IMG/VR virus record: IMGVR_UViG_3300026820_000001
Coordinates: 1 to 54,707 of that record
DNA from: a virus
Lineage: Duplodnaviria; Caudoviricetes
DNA: 54,707 nucleotides
Strand: one strand, 5' to 3'
The translations under genes were made by a program, and so were the position numbers. Positions 46,044 through 54,707 of the stretch are shown here, in pieces; the first letter of the stretch is position 1; each line of letters opens with the position of its first letter. The notes under the pieces are model-generated. The model worked only from the letters and a program-made list of their open reading frames with translations. It ran no database searches and was not told the DNA's origin.

Positions 46044-46286
46044 ATGAGGCACTACACCCAGCATACCGGCCCGCAGTCGCTGCGGCGCGGCCTGCCAGCG
46101 TCGGTGTGGCCCAAGAGCAAGTCGGCTGGTCTGCCCTGCCCGACCTGTAGCGGCAACAGTCAAGTGATTGACTCAAGATTAAGCGGCAACGAAATCAGGC
46201 GCAGGCGAGTGTGCCTGTTCTGCGGACGACGCTTCACGACTTACGAGCGGTGGCGCGAGGATTTCGTGGTGGATTATCAGATATGA
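46044..46286 (+). CDS. NrdR-like zinc-ribbon protein (no ATP cone)
   Basis: CPTC...SQVIDSR...[17 protein letters not shown]. Confidence 0.85.
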   Translation: MRHYTQHTGPQSLRRGLPASVWPKSKSAGLPCPTCSGNSQVIDSRLSGNEIRRRRVCLFCGRRFTTYERWREDFVVDYQI

Positions 46287-46296
46287 CGACGGATCT

Positions 46297-46569
46297 ATGA
46301 AGACCAATACTGAGTGGTGCCAGCAATACGACGACACCAACATCGATCTAACCGACCTACTCGATTTGGTCAAAGCTGATGCGCTGTGCCATGCGGCGAT
46401 GCTGTGCGTTGAAGTCGGAAGGAATCTTGAAGCATCGGAAAAGCTAAGCCCTGAGCCAGTATTGCGCCTGATGGCCGAGAGGTTGAAGCAGGAAGCCGAC
46501 AATCTCACTAAGCTATGGGTCGAGAGGCTGAAACAAGAACAAGAAGCACGCAAACTCACCAAGCCATGA
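46297..46569 (+). CDS. Hypothetical protein
   Basis: 90-aa helical ORF. Confidence 0.6.
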   Translation: MKTNTEWCQQYDDTNIDLTDLLDLVKADALCHAAMLCVEVGRNLEASEKLSPEPVLRLMAERLKQEADNLTKLWVERLKQEQEARKLTKP

Positions 46570-46672
46570 CTTTCGCCAATCAGCCGGGCAGCCGACGCCC
46601 TCATACGCCGGGCGTTCCTGGGCTTCATGGATGAACCTGGGGCTTGGCTGGTTGGCGTTACTGAAACGAATT

Positions 46673-46885
46673 ATGAGCGACACTGCAAAGATCACTGCTA
46701 AGTGCCCGAACTGCGGCCACGGCTTCAACATGGGGGCGTGGATTTATGAGGCCAAGGATGAAGACTTAGCCTTTCTTGAGAAACCGAACACATTAACCGG
46801 CTTAAAGGACAAAAACGAGCCGAGGATACGTTGTCCGGCATGTAAACAGTTCATCATGGACTCGGACTATCCGTCTGAGGACTAA
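46673..46885 (+). CDS. Small zinc-finger protein
   Basis: CPNCG...CPACK. Confidence 0.65.
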   Translation: MSDTAKITAKCPNCGHGFNMGAWIYEAKDEDLAFLEKPNTLTGLKDKNEPRIRCPACKQFIMDSDYPSED

Positions 46886-47050
46886 CCATCTGGAGGACCA
46901 AGCAACAGCATCAGCCCGACCCACAGGCTGCCCCCGCCCAGCGCCCAGCCCAGCGTCCAACTGGGCCAAACCCGCCAGTAAGCCGGACAGATGATCGTGC
47001 TCAGGCACACGGCTGCGAACACACAAAAGAAAATACCCAAAACTCGTCTC

Positions 47051-47233
47051 ATGCAAAGAACTCCAGATGATTTAGCACTTCATCATTACGTGAGTGAACT
47101 GCGTTCACGAGAGCGGTGGTGCTCTAAGCGATATTCCAAACTGGCTGGGCAGTACCTCAAGTTGAAGGCTGCCCTCAAGCGGGCTGATCCAGTAGCCGCT
47201 AAGCGATTCAAAGACCCGTGCCAGATATGGTGA
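47051..47233 (+). CDS. Hypothetical protein
   Basis: Last plus-strand ORF, converging on the radical SAM gene. Confidence 0.45.
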   Translation: MQRTPDDLALHHYVSELRSRERWCSKRYSKLAGQYLKLKAALKRADPVAAKRFKDPCQIW

Positions 47234-47237
47234 TGCC

Positions 47238-48218
47238 TCACGATATGGGCCGGTAAAGAGTGCAATCCTGGCAAACCTTGGGCACGACTGCCCCATCCTC
47301 GAATCGGCGCAGGAGCGGCATGATGTTGTCTGGGTGCAGGATCCTTTCCAGCGGATCCTCATGGATGTTGCCCACCACCAACTCATCATCCTCGGTGTCC
47401 TTGAATCGGCAGCCGCATAAGCGAATGTTGCCCGAGTGCTCAGCGAAGAATTGGAACAGCGCGATACAGGGCACACCAGCCTTCTTCTTGGCTGGGCGCA
47501 TGACCATCTGGCCCACCAATTCCTCCGGCTGAATGGCCCCGCCCCAGTTATCGTAGAAATTGGTCTGTTCGAAGGTGAAGTTGGGATAGGTAAAACAATC
47601 CAGGAAATCCTCGCTCTTCACCGTCTCAGCGATAGGCCGACCCGTTCGTAAGAACACATGGATCCGAAGGTCATCGTGGCCGCAGAACAGGGCCAGCTTG
47701 AGTCCCTTGATTACTTCATCATAGCGGTCCACCTGATAGGCTTCCTTGTAGGCTTCACGAGAGAACCCACCAATGGACAGGCGTATGAGGTTGAATGGCT
47801 CCAAAAGCTCAGCGCCCCATTTGCGCAACAAGATCCCATTGGTGGTCATCTGCAATTCCTCAAAGCCCATGCTCTTGGCCATCTTCGCCTTGGCCAACAG
47901 CCCCGGATCAAGCAGGGGGTCGCCCAAAGGTGGGGTGAAATCCATTACCTTGATGCCCATCTTCCTGGCGTCCCCAGCCAGAGCGGCAAAGGTCGCCATC
48001 GACATTACCTGAGCCTTACGGTCGAACTTGTGTTGCCCACAGAACACGCACCGCGCATTGCAGAAGTTGACGTTGGCGATGTGGATGGCGTTCCAGTCGA
48101 AATGCCGCTCGATGCCGCGCCAAAGCCGTTTGCGGTTGATCCGCGCATTCCAATAAAGGAGCCTGTCAGCAATCCGGGTGGCTTGCCGTTTGGCTAAGAG
48201 CAGACCGCGCAGGAACAT
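47238..48218 (-). CDS. Radical SAM protein with SPASM/Twitch domain
   Basis: CNARCVFC, GDPLL, TTNG, NWGG, PC...G.IRLCGC...GNI...CQDC. Confidence 0.92.
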   Translation of the reverse strand: MFLRGLLLAKRQATRIADRLLYWNARINRKRLWRGIERHFDWNAIHIANVNFCNARCVFCGQHKFDRKAQVMSMATFAALAGDARKMGIKVMDFTPPLGDPLLDPGLLAKAKMAKSMGFEELQMTTNGILLRKWGAELLEPFNLIRLSIGGFSREAYKEAYQVDRYDEVIKGLKLALFCGHDDLRIHVFLRTGRPIAETVKSEDFLDCFTYPNFTFEQTNFYDNWGGAIQPEELVGQMVMRPAKKKAGVPCIALFQFFAEHSGNIRLCGCRFKDTEDDELVVGNIHEDPLERILHPDNIMPLLRRFEDGAVVPKVCQDCTLYRPIS

Positions 48219-48404
48219 CTACACGTAGCGCACGTTCCCACGCTTCTTCTGGGCATGACGCGCATGGCTGGTCTCAGGAGGCAATGCCTTACCCGTCGCG
48301 TAAGATTGATGCGTGGCCGCTTGGCACACCGCGTAAGGATTGACGTGCCCCCCCTTGGCTTTGACCTTTTGCACACAACGATAAACTCGCGTTCCGACTG
48401 GCAT
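48219..48404 (-). CDS. Small basic protein
   Basis: 61 aa, C...NPYAVC; stop abuts the radical SAM start. Confidence 0.7.
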   Translation of the reverse strand: MPVGTRVYRCVQKVKAKGGHVNPYAVCQAATHQSYATGKALPPETSHARHAQKKRGNVRYV

Positions 48405-48408
48405 AAAA

Positions 48409-48597
48409 TCAGTGGTACTTTGGGTTGAGGTTTGGGTTCATCGAGCCGTGAACCCGATTTAGGCGCGGGTTGCGCTTGCGAGCTGCCGCGCCCGCCCGGC
48501 GTGTGCCAGCCGCCAACATGGCGTTGGCGCGTTCCTGCGAGACCCCCTCCCGCGCTGCAATGCCTTTGGCTACGGCCTTAAAACCTGGATGCTTCAT
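48409..48597 (-). CDS. Small basic protein
   Basis: HPGFKAVA..IA..EGVS.ERA.A.LA...NPRLNRV; ATGA coupling. Confidence 0.75.
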   Translation of the reverse strand: MKHPGFKAVAKGIAAREGVSQERANAMLAAGTRRAGAAARKRNPRLNRVHGSMNPNLNPKYH

Positions 48598-51500
48598 GGT
48601 GTGTTGGTGTTTGTGGTTTGGAGTTTACTGCGTGGACCCCGTTGCCGCCAGACATCTAGGAACATGAGCCATTGTGCGTGGCGTTCTTTCATGGCCCGTT
48701 CATAGAGTAGGCGCTGTTCGGGTTCCAGAGATTGCACAAACTTGCGCTCTAACTTGGCTGACTCTTGAAAGAGCGGCTTGCGGTTTATGTTTAGATCCTT
48801 GCCGATGTAGGGCCGCATCCGTTTCAGGATGTCCGAATCTTTCCTGACCAGGGGCCGCAGTTCCTCGATGGCTTTGGCGATTGATTGAGGATCGTGATCG
48901 TCCAGCGCGGCATCGAGGCTCCGGTACTTGCTCAAGGGATAGGTGGCTGCTTGGTTGCGCTCGTAATCCTGTTTTATAATCGGGTCAGGATTGTTTTTTA
49001 GCCACTCGGTATGGATGTCGGTTAAGGCTTTGTTGGGACTGAAGCGGGAGATTTTCAGCCCAACCGATCCAGCCAGTTGTTCCCACCATTTGATCGCTCC
49101 TGGCCGTTCCGCCCCGCTTATCTCTCTAACTCCAGGAAGTGCGCGTAGGGTGAGCGGGAGGGGCTGTGTGATGAGCTCTTTGGCAGTCTCGCCCACTGTG
49201 ACGTTGCGCCCGGCATAATCTTTGCCGGTAGCCAATTGAATGGCTCCCTTGCCGAGAATGGGCGAGAGACGCGCATGGATAAAAGCGCGTGTGTCGGACA
49301 GCAGCCTGGACATGTCTTCCGGGACCGAACGCAAAGTGTACTTTCGTGCTCCGTTGCTGAATTCGAACGGATGTTTTGGGTCCCATTCGCCACCGCTTAA
49401 CTGCGCGGTAATGTAAGCCCCCGCCGCCTGGGCTATCGCCAAGGTAGCCAAAGCCAGTATTTGTTCGCGACCTGCTTTAGCTCCGGTCAATCCCTTGATG
49501 GCCTGTCCAGCGAAACGACCCCGAGCTTCCAAGAAATCTGGAGCCAACAGGAAAAACTGCATGAGATGCTGTATGGTTGGGTTTCGTCCAAGGTCAGCGT
49601 AGTTCAGGTGACCATAAGCGGCGTTGGCCTGTTGGGCTGAGAGAAGCTTAACGTCTTCGGTCTTGACCGTTCCAGCAGCCAAATCTCTGGCGTAAACCTG
49701 CCGGTTACGATCCAAGATTGCCTCGTAGGTTTTGAACTTCAGACCCGGGATGTACTGCTTGAAAAGGTAATCCGTGTACATGTCGGAAACTTTGCCAATA
49801 AGCGGGATTCGGCTAATTAAGCCACTGGGCCGAAGTCCTTCCATAAACTGATTTTCACTGGCTCGGTCAGGCTGCAACATCAACCCGTGTCTGGCCGCAT
49901 CCATCTGAAGCGGATCATTGGCCAAATCTATCGGGGGGATTGCGCCGAACGGATTGACCCGGTGGCCCACGCCGTGCGTGCCAGTTTGGGTCTGATGGAA
50001 CGGAGCAATCAGCCCAAGCATCGTCCGCTTGGTCACGCTATTCCATGAATCCAATCCTTTCACCAAGAGCTTTGGAACGGCTGCCAGCCGAGTTGTGGGC
50101 GTCGAGTACCATTCGCGGATAGCCGAACGGCCCAAGACGGACTTGATACGGTTATAGGCTTCCGGGTGCAGGGCCAGATCGGACTTAAGGAAAATCGGTG
50201 CTCCCGCTGTGTCCTTGGCTGCCCAGCGCCAGTTTTGCAGCGCAGGCTGATTCGGCAGAACCTTGTAATCCAGCGTTTCCTCGCCCTTAACCGCCTTGGG
50301 CATAATCAGTGTTGCCTCGCCCCCAGCGCCAGCCACTGGCGTTCCGACTCCCCTTGGAGCGACCAATGGGCGACCGTCGCTGGCCACGCCTTTGCTCATC
50401 TCCTTGACCAACTCACGCGCAGCGATGACGGAGTTCATCTCGTGCATGTAGATGGGCAAAAGTTTGCTGATGTCTTTGGTCTTGGGCTTATAACCAGCCT
50501 GCTCTCCGTGGAAGAAGGTGGGGAAGGTGGACGCCTTGGAGTACTTGAATTTCTCCTTCAGGATTCGACTGCTGCTTCCCCCAGTGGATTTGGTTTTGCC
50601 TAGGCCCAAGTCCCAGATTTGGGTCACGTAATTCTCCTTGAAACTGTTGAGCACGTCATTCTCCTGACCGCGCTTAGCCAAATCGTCCAGCAACCGTTTG
50701 GCGTTTGTGGCCACGTCCAATTCCTCTGGCGTAAGCTTTAACGCTGCTTCGTAGCCGCGTTTAAGCAGGCGGTCTGTGGTGGCTGCGGCTCGATCAGCGA
50801 GAACCTTTTCGTCCCCGCCCGCTTGGATCCAGTTGGTTATACCGTCACGCCGGAACGGATCAGGTACGGCCCGCTGGATGTTCTTTTGGACACCAGCCGC
50901 TTCGCCAAAGGACCGTTGCAACTTCGCGCTCCAGTTGAGCACACTGCGCCGGTAATCGGTCATCTTAGGAGTGGCGATGGCTTCTTTGCCTGTCTCCTTG
51001 GCTTCCGAGGCGAAGTTCTTGATCGCCTCGTACGCATTCTTAACAGCCGGTGCAGCTTTATCGATCAAGTCTCTGATCGGCTGCAACGACACCGCACCTG
51101 CCTCGCCCCCGGCCAAGGCTCCTGGACCACGAACAGAGGCAGCGATACCCTTACTTTCCCCTGCAAGTTCAGATTCCACTTCCTTTAGTCTCGCCTCTGC
51201 CTCAGCAACTCCGCGTTCGTCACCTTGAAACCGTAATCCTCTAATCAACTGTTTAAGCTGATCCCGCTCTGCCTGCAAATCGCCGCGCCGTTTCATCCTT
51301 GCGCCTTCTGCAACCAAGGCTTCACCAGCGCCACTCTCAGACAATTCAGCCAATGTTTTAGCGGCTCTCGGCTCGGACGGTGGTGGCTCTTTTGCTGGCG
51401 CTGTTGGAGCAGGCTCGGCAACTTTTACTGTCGATGCCGGTTCTGGGGGCGACTCCTGTGCAGTCTTCGAAGTTGGCTGTGGAACGCCAATCTTTTGCAA

Positions 51501-52520
51501 TGCTGCATCTTGAAATCCATCTTGGATGTCCTTGACCGCCTCTAAATGGGCTTGCTTGTCGTTGACGTTGCGCCCTTCAGGATCCACTTCTTGCAGACGC
51601 CGCGTAATAAGATTTCGCACGTCGTCAACTACTCTAAGTGGAACGTTGTACTGTCTGGCTATTCTTTCCCCACCAACGCGCAATGAGCTGAGCGGATAGT
51701 CTGGCTCTCCACGATTTACGAGGTCATAACCAATTTGAGCAGCGAGGTTTCGGTCCAACGGCACTTCAGTAGCCTTCGCTGGTTCGGGCGCTGGTGCTAC
51801 CTCTGGCGGTGCTTCCGGCTGCACTGCCGCTGGCCCTGTTTCTTTCAGGGCCTCGACTGATTTTGGCAACGCCTTTTCAAGCGGGCTGCGCCCTGCAACG
51901 TGCGCGGCGGCTGCTGCGGTGAACGTAGCCAACTGCGCTAAATCCGTGACAGCTGACGCAATCTTCTCGGGGTCCTTAGCGTCAATCGCATCCGATAACT
52001 GCGCAATCGCCTCCGGGGCTTGACTAGCCATTTGGGCAGCAATCGCGCCCGAGGCTATTTTCCCCACGGCGGCCGGCGCGGCAGCCAGCCCGAGCGTGGC
52101 CAGCATCGGGACGCTCGTCATGCTCTCGGCCCCGCGCAAAATCGACCCCTGGGCTCCAGCAATGGCCTTGGCCAACGTGCTGGGTGGCTGTTGGGGCGCG
52201 TAGAGCGACCGTTCCGCATCTTCCTGGCCCGGCACGGGCACTCTCGCAGTGAGAACGTCCAAGGCGTCCATCACTGTCTGCGGCGTAACGCCAAACATTT
52301 TAGACAACGGAATCAGCGGAGCAAAAAGGTCAGGCTTAATCGGGACCGGAGCGACCAGCCTTCTTATGTCACTGGGCGTCTCCAGCGCAGGCCCAGCCAC
52401 GTTCGCTTGGTCGATGGAAGCGAAAGGTTCTGGGCCAACTGGCACGGTAGGAGTCGCGTCCCCTTCGAACGCATAATCCTCATCAGACAACGTGCTCGGA
52501 TAGATCGGCAGAACAGCCAT
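48594..52520 (-). CDS. Large internal virion / DNA ejection protein
   Basis: 1308 aa, Ala-rich and helical, last of three genes after the tail genes; FLLAPDF region. Call from synteny. Confidence 0.65.
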   Translation of the reverse strand: MAVLPIYPSTLSDEDYAFEGDATPTVPVGPEPFASIDQANVAGPALETPSDIRRLVAPVPIKPDLFAPLIPLSKMFGVTPQTVMDALDVLTARVPVPGQEDAERSLYAPQQPPSTLAKAIAGAQGSILRGAESMTSVPMLATLGLAAAPAAVGKIASGAIAAQMASQAPEAIAQLSDAIDAKDPEKIASAVTDLAQLATFTAAAAAHVAGRSPLEKALPKSVEALKETGPAAVQPEAPPEVAPAPEPAKATEVPLDRNLAAQIGYDLVNRGEPDYPLSSLRVGGERIARQYNVPLRVVDDVRNLITRRLQEVDPEGRNVNDKQAHLEAVKDIQDGFQDAALQKIGVPQPTSKTAQESPPEPASTVKVAEPAPTAPAKEPPPSEPRAAKTLAELSESGAGEALVAEGARMKRRGDLQAERDQLKQLIRGLRFQGDERGVAEAEARLKEVESELAGESKGIAASVRGPGALAGGEAGAVSLQPIRDLIDKAAPAVKNAYEAIKNFASEAKETGKEAIATPKMTDYRRSVLNWSAKLQRSFGEAAGVQKNIQRAVPDPFRRDGITNWIQAGGDEKVLADRAAATTDRLLKRGYEAALKLTPEELDVATNAKRLLDDLAKRGQENDVLNSFKENYVTQIWDLGLGKTKSTGGSSSRILKEKFKYSKASTFPTFFHGEQAGYKPKTKDISKLLPIYMHEMNSVIAARELVKEMSKGVASDGRPLVAPRGVGTPVAGAGGEATLIMPKAVKGEETLDYKVLPNQPALQNWRWAAKDTAGAPIFLKSDLALHPEAYNRIKSVLGRSAIREWYSTPTTRLAAVPKLLVKGLDSWNSVTKRTMLGLIAPFHQTQTGTHGVGHRVNPFGAIPPIDLANDPLQMDAARHGLMLQPDRASENQFMEGLRPSGLISRIPLIGKVSDMYTDYLFKQYIPGLKFKTYEAILDRNRQVYARDLAAGTVKTEDVKLLSAQQANAAYGHLNYADLGRNPTIQHLMQFFLLAPDFLEARGRFAGQAIKGLTGAKAGREQILALATLAIAQAAGAYITAQLSGGEWDPKHPFEFSNGARKYTLRSVPEDMSRLLSDTRAFIHARLSPILGKGAIQLATGKDYAGRNVTVGETAKELITQPLPLTLRALPGVREISGAERPGAIKWWEQLAGSVGLKISRFSPNKALTDIHTEWLKNNPDPIIKQDYERNQAATYPLSKYRSLDAALDDHDPQSIAKAIEELRPLVRKDSDILKRMRPYIGKDLNINRKPLFQESAKLERKFVQSLEPEQRLLYERAMKERHAQWLMFLDVWRQRGPRSKLQTTNTNTP

Positions 52521-53374
52521 TACTCTTCCTCAGTGCTGGCGGCAGCAGCCTCCGCTTCTGCTGGCGTGGCCTCAGGCAGTGGAGCGAACCCAGTGGCTGG
52601 CGCGGGCGCGGTAGTCATGCGCTTTAACTCGCCCATGATTTCGTCGCGTTGCGCCTTTAATGTCGGCAACTCTGCTGGCGTTGCTTCCTCCATCAATCCC
52701 CTTATCGTGACAAGCCTCGCTGTAAGGGCTCGAACTCTGCCTTCCGGGGAAAGTTCAGACCGTGGCAAAAAATGGACACTGCCTCTGGCACCAGGAACGT
52801 ACCGTTGGCCAAGCAAGTTGCCTTGCTCATCTCTTAATTCCCTCGCGATACCTTCCACAGTCTGTGGCTGTGCTCCCAGCGGAGTAAACGCAACTGCGCC
52901 AGTCCTGGGGTTGATCATGTATTCCTTCCCAGATGGCGTCCATCCAGGTTGAGGCGTGCCGGGTGGCGTGACGGCGCGAATGGATTGAGCGATAGACTGA
53001 GGATGCCGATAAAGAACTCTCGGGGCTAGTTCCGGCCACACCTTTTCGAATGGCTCTCCAGCCGCAGTTCGCTTTTGCAGTTCGTTCATGGCCTGCGATT
53101 GAATGGCCGCTTCCGCTGCTGCGCGTTGATCCTTTTCCTGTTGAAGCCTCAGTTGCTGTTCCCAATGCTGAACCAGAGCCTGCTGCTGCTGTTGCCGGTA
53201 AGCGTTGAGTTGAGCCGCCTGCTCTGCCGCCAATTCCTGCTGTTGCGCCCGAGCCGCCGCTTGGTTCTGGGCTTCGGCGGCAGCCAACCCGCTGCGATAG
53301 CCTTCCAGCAATCGGCCTACCGGAGCGGTGGGATCTACATTAAGCCAGGGGGGGATTTCGACGGGGCCGGCCAT
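52520..53374 (-). CDS. Putative ejection (pilot) protein
   Basis: Gln/Ala-rich coiled coil; position in the module. Confidence 0.6.
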   Translation of the reverse strand: MAGPVEIPPWLNVDPTAPVGRLLEGYRSGLAAAEAQNQAAARAQQQELAAEQAAQLNAYRQQQQQALVQHWEQQLRLQQEKDQRAAAEAAIQSQAMNELQKRTAAGEPFEKVWPELAPRVLYRHPQSIAQSIRAVTPPGTPQPGWTPSGKEYMINPRTGAVAFTPLGAQPQTVEGIARELRDEQGNLLGQRYVPGARGSVHFLPRSELSPEGRVRALTARLVTIRGLMEEATPAELPTLKAQRDEIMGELKRMTTAPAPATGFAPLPEATPAEAEAAAASTEEE

Positions 53375-53377
53375 AGG

Positions 53378-54391
53378 TTAGAACATGAAATTCTCTTGGT
53401 CTTGCTCGCTCAAATCCTGCGGCATATTAAGCGGGTAATCCCATAAATTTTGCAGGTTGTCGTAGTAACCCGGGCCACCTTCGAGCGGTGGTCCTTCTCC
53501 GGGTAGTCCACCAATGTTGGCCGGCAATCCTCGCTCAACTCCAGCCTGCCCAAGCCAATCTCCCCCGCCTCTTGTGTTGAAGAATGGCGAAGCGGCTGCT
53601 GGTGGCGCTGGACCGCCCACCGTCGCGAAAGTTGGCCGGGTCATCGGATTAAACCAATTGTAACCCCCACCGCCAGCGTTGAATCCGCGATTGAGTCCAG
53701 AGAGTGCATCGGCGCGAGAGCGGCCATAAGCCGCTTCGGGAATCGGCGCTGACCCGTAAATTTTCCTCATTAGATCGTTCCACTGCTGGTCGCTGTACTG
53801 AGGGATAAGACGACCAATGTCATAGGGAGCCACCTTGGGGATCAGATTCTGGATCGCACCCTGATCCTGCAACGCCTGTTGCTGCACGGCATAGGAGCTT
53901 CCTAGGACATCGCGGGCAAGTTTGCTGGCGGCTGCCGGTCCACCAGCCACGCCACTGCCAATGCCCCACTCGCCCGCCGCCTGCCCCAACTGCGGCAATA
54001 GGTCGCTGATGTTGCCCTTAGCCCGGTTGGCCACGTTGCCCATCAGCGTATTGAGCGTGTCGAAATAGCTCGAAGGATACTGATTGCGCAACGCTGCGTT
54101 CTCCGCGCCTGTTACGCCGCTGATAATTGGACCGAGGTTGTTAAGATTCCCTGAAATCGCGTTGATGAGATTGGCCAGCGATTCGCTCGGGCTGCTGATG
54201 TTCGGAATACCGCCTGAAGCTGGATTGTAGGTGCCCGGGATGGCCCCAGCACCAGCACCACCACCCGCGCTACCGCCAGGGGCAGGCGCAGGAGCTACCG
54301 CGCCGATGTTAATCGGCATCGGTGCCCAGCCGGCCAAGTTTCTGGCCCAATTCGCTTGGTTGCCACCGCCAAATGGTGTTGCTGATGCCAT
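53378..54391 (-). CDS. Putative ejection (pilot) protein
   Basis: Gly/Ala/Asn-rich low-complexity protein; position in the module. Confidence 0.6.
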   Translation of the reverse strand: MASATPFGGGNQANWARNLAGWAPMPINIGAVAPAPAPGGSAGGGAGAGAIPGTYNPASGGIPNISSPSESLANLINAISGNLNNLGPIISGVTGAENAALRNQYPSSYFDTLNTLMGNVANRAKGNISDLLPQLGQAAGEWGIGSGVAGGPAAASKLARDVLGSSYAVQQQALQDQGAIQNLIPKVAPYDIGRLIPQYSDQQWNDLMRKIYGSAPIPEAAYGRSRADALSGLNRGFNAGGGGYNWFNPMTRPTFATVGGPAPPAAASPFFNTRGGGDWLGQAGVERGLPANIGGLPGEGPPLEGGPGYYDNLQNLWDYPLNMPQDLSEQDQENFMF

Positions 54392-54398
54392 GATGTTC

Positions 54399-54707
54399 CT
54401 ACGTTAAACTTCCAATCGCTTGGTTCCTCAAGTGTGCACTTCCAAAAGGGCTAAAACTGATGGCAGGCATCTCGCGCCCGAGTTGATGCACAAGCTCGCC
54501 CTGTAGCAATCGAATCGCTTGCCCGTGCCGTTCCTGGGACATCTGCTTGGCTGTGGGCGAGTCCATGCTCGAATACCGCACGCTCTCGCACTCGGCAATC
54601 AGCGCCTCGATATTGCCGATGAGCAGATAGTCCGTGTCCACCTTGACCGGCACGAATTCCAACTTGGCCAGCGCGGTAACCTGCACCTTGGTCACGTCGC
54701 TGCCCGG
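54399..54707 (-). CDS. 3' part of the gene starting at 754
   Basis: Frame open from the window end: PGSDVTKVQ...GSLT stop. Confidence 0.75.
   Translation of the reverse strand, partial: PGSDVTKVQVTALAKLEFVPVKVDTDYLLIGNIEALIAECESVRYSSMDSPTAKQMSQERHGQAIRLLQGELVHQLGREMPAISFSPFGSAHLRNQAIGSLT

Noticed and set aside
52020-52952. 310-aa plus-strand ORF
   Set aside because: Antisense to ejection genes in GC-rich sequence; not protein-like.

Overview
The window looks like a complete, circularly permuted genome (about 54.7 kb) of a tailed phage with podovirus-like organisation. The first and last 7 nt (TGCCCGG) are identical, and merging them joins the ORF fragments at both ends into one in-frame 351-aa gene. 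A long minus-strand late region encodes a RusA-like nuclease, a glycosyl-/methyltransferase cluster with two HNH insertions, portal, scaffold, major capsid, small Cys-rich repeat proteins, large Thr/Asn-rich fibres, LamG and beta-helix proteins, an outer-membrane beta-barrel, tail proteins, ejection-type proteins and a radical SAM enzyme. The terminase large subunit is inverted inside this region. Plus-strand early/middle genes include an XRE HTH, an ERF recombinase, a PD-(D/E)XK exonuclease, a replication initiator with iterons and an NrdR-like zinc ribbon; a MoxR-type AAA/vWA pair is on the minus strand. I found no integrase, DNA polymerase, tRNA, CRISPR array or recognisable endolysin. The host is probably Verrucomicrobiota (inference). 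Highlights: (1) the fibre/receptor-binding module consists of Sec-signal-peptide proteins rich in N-x-S/T, next to an OM barrel, in a genome with a glycan-modification cluster, suggesting extracytoplasmic maturation of virion parts; (2) a RusA-like resolvase whose N- and C-terminal motifs lie in two overlapping frames; (3) an inverted terL sharing a palindromic start region with a tail gene; (4) a five-copy Cys-rich module after the capsid gene. All functional calls come from motif recognition by eye, not database searches.
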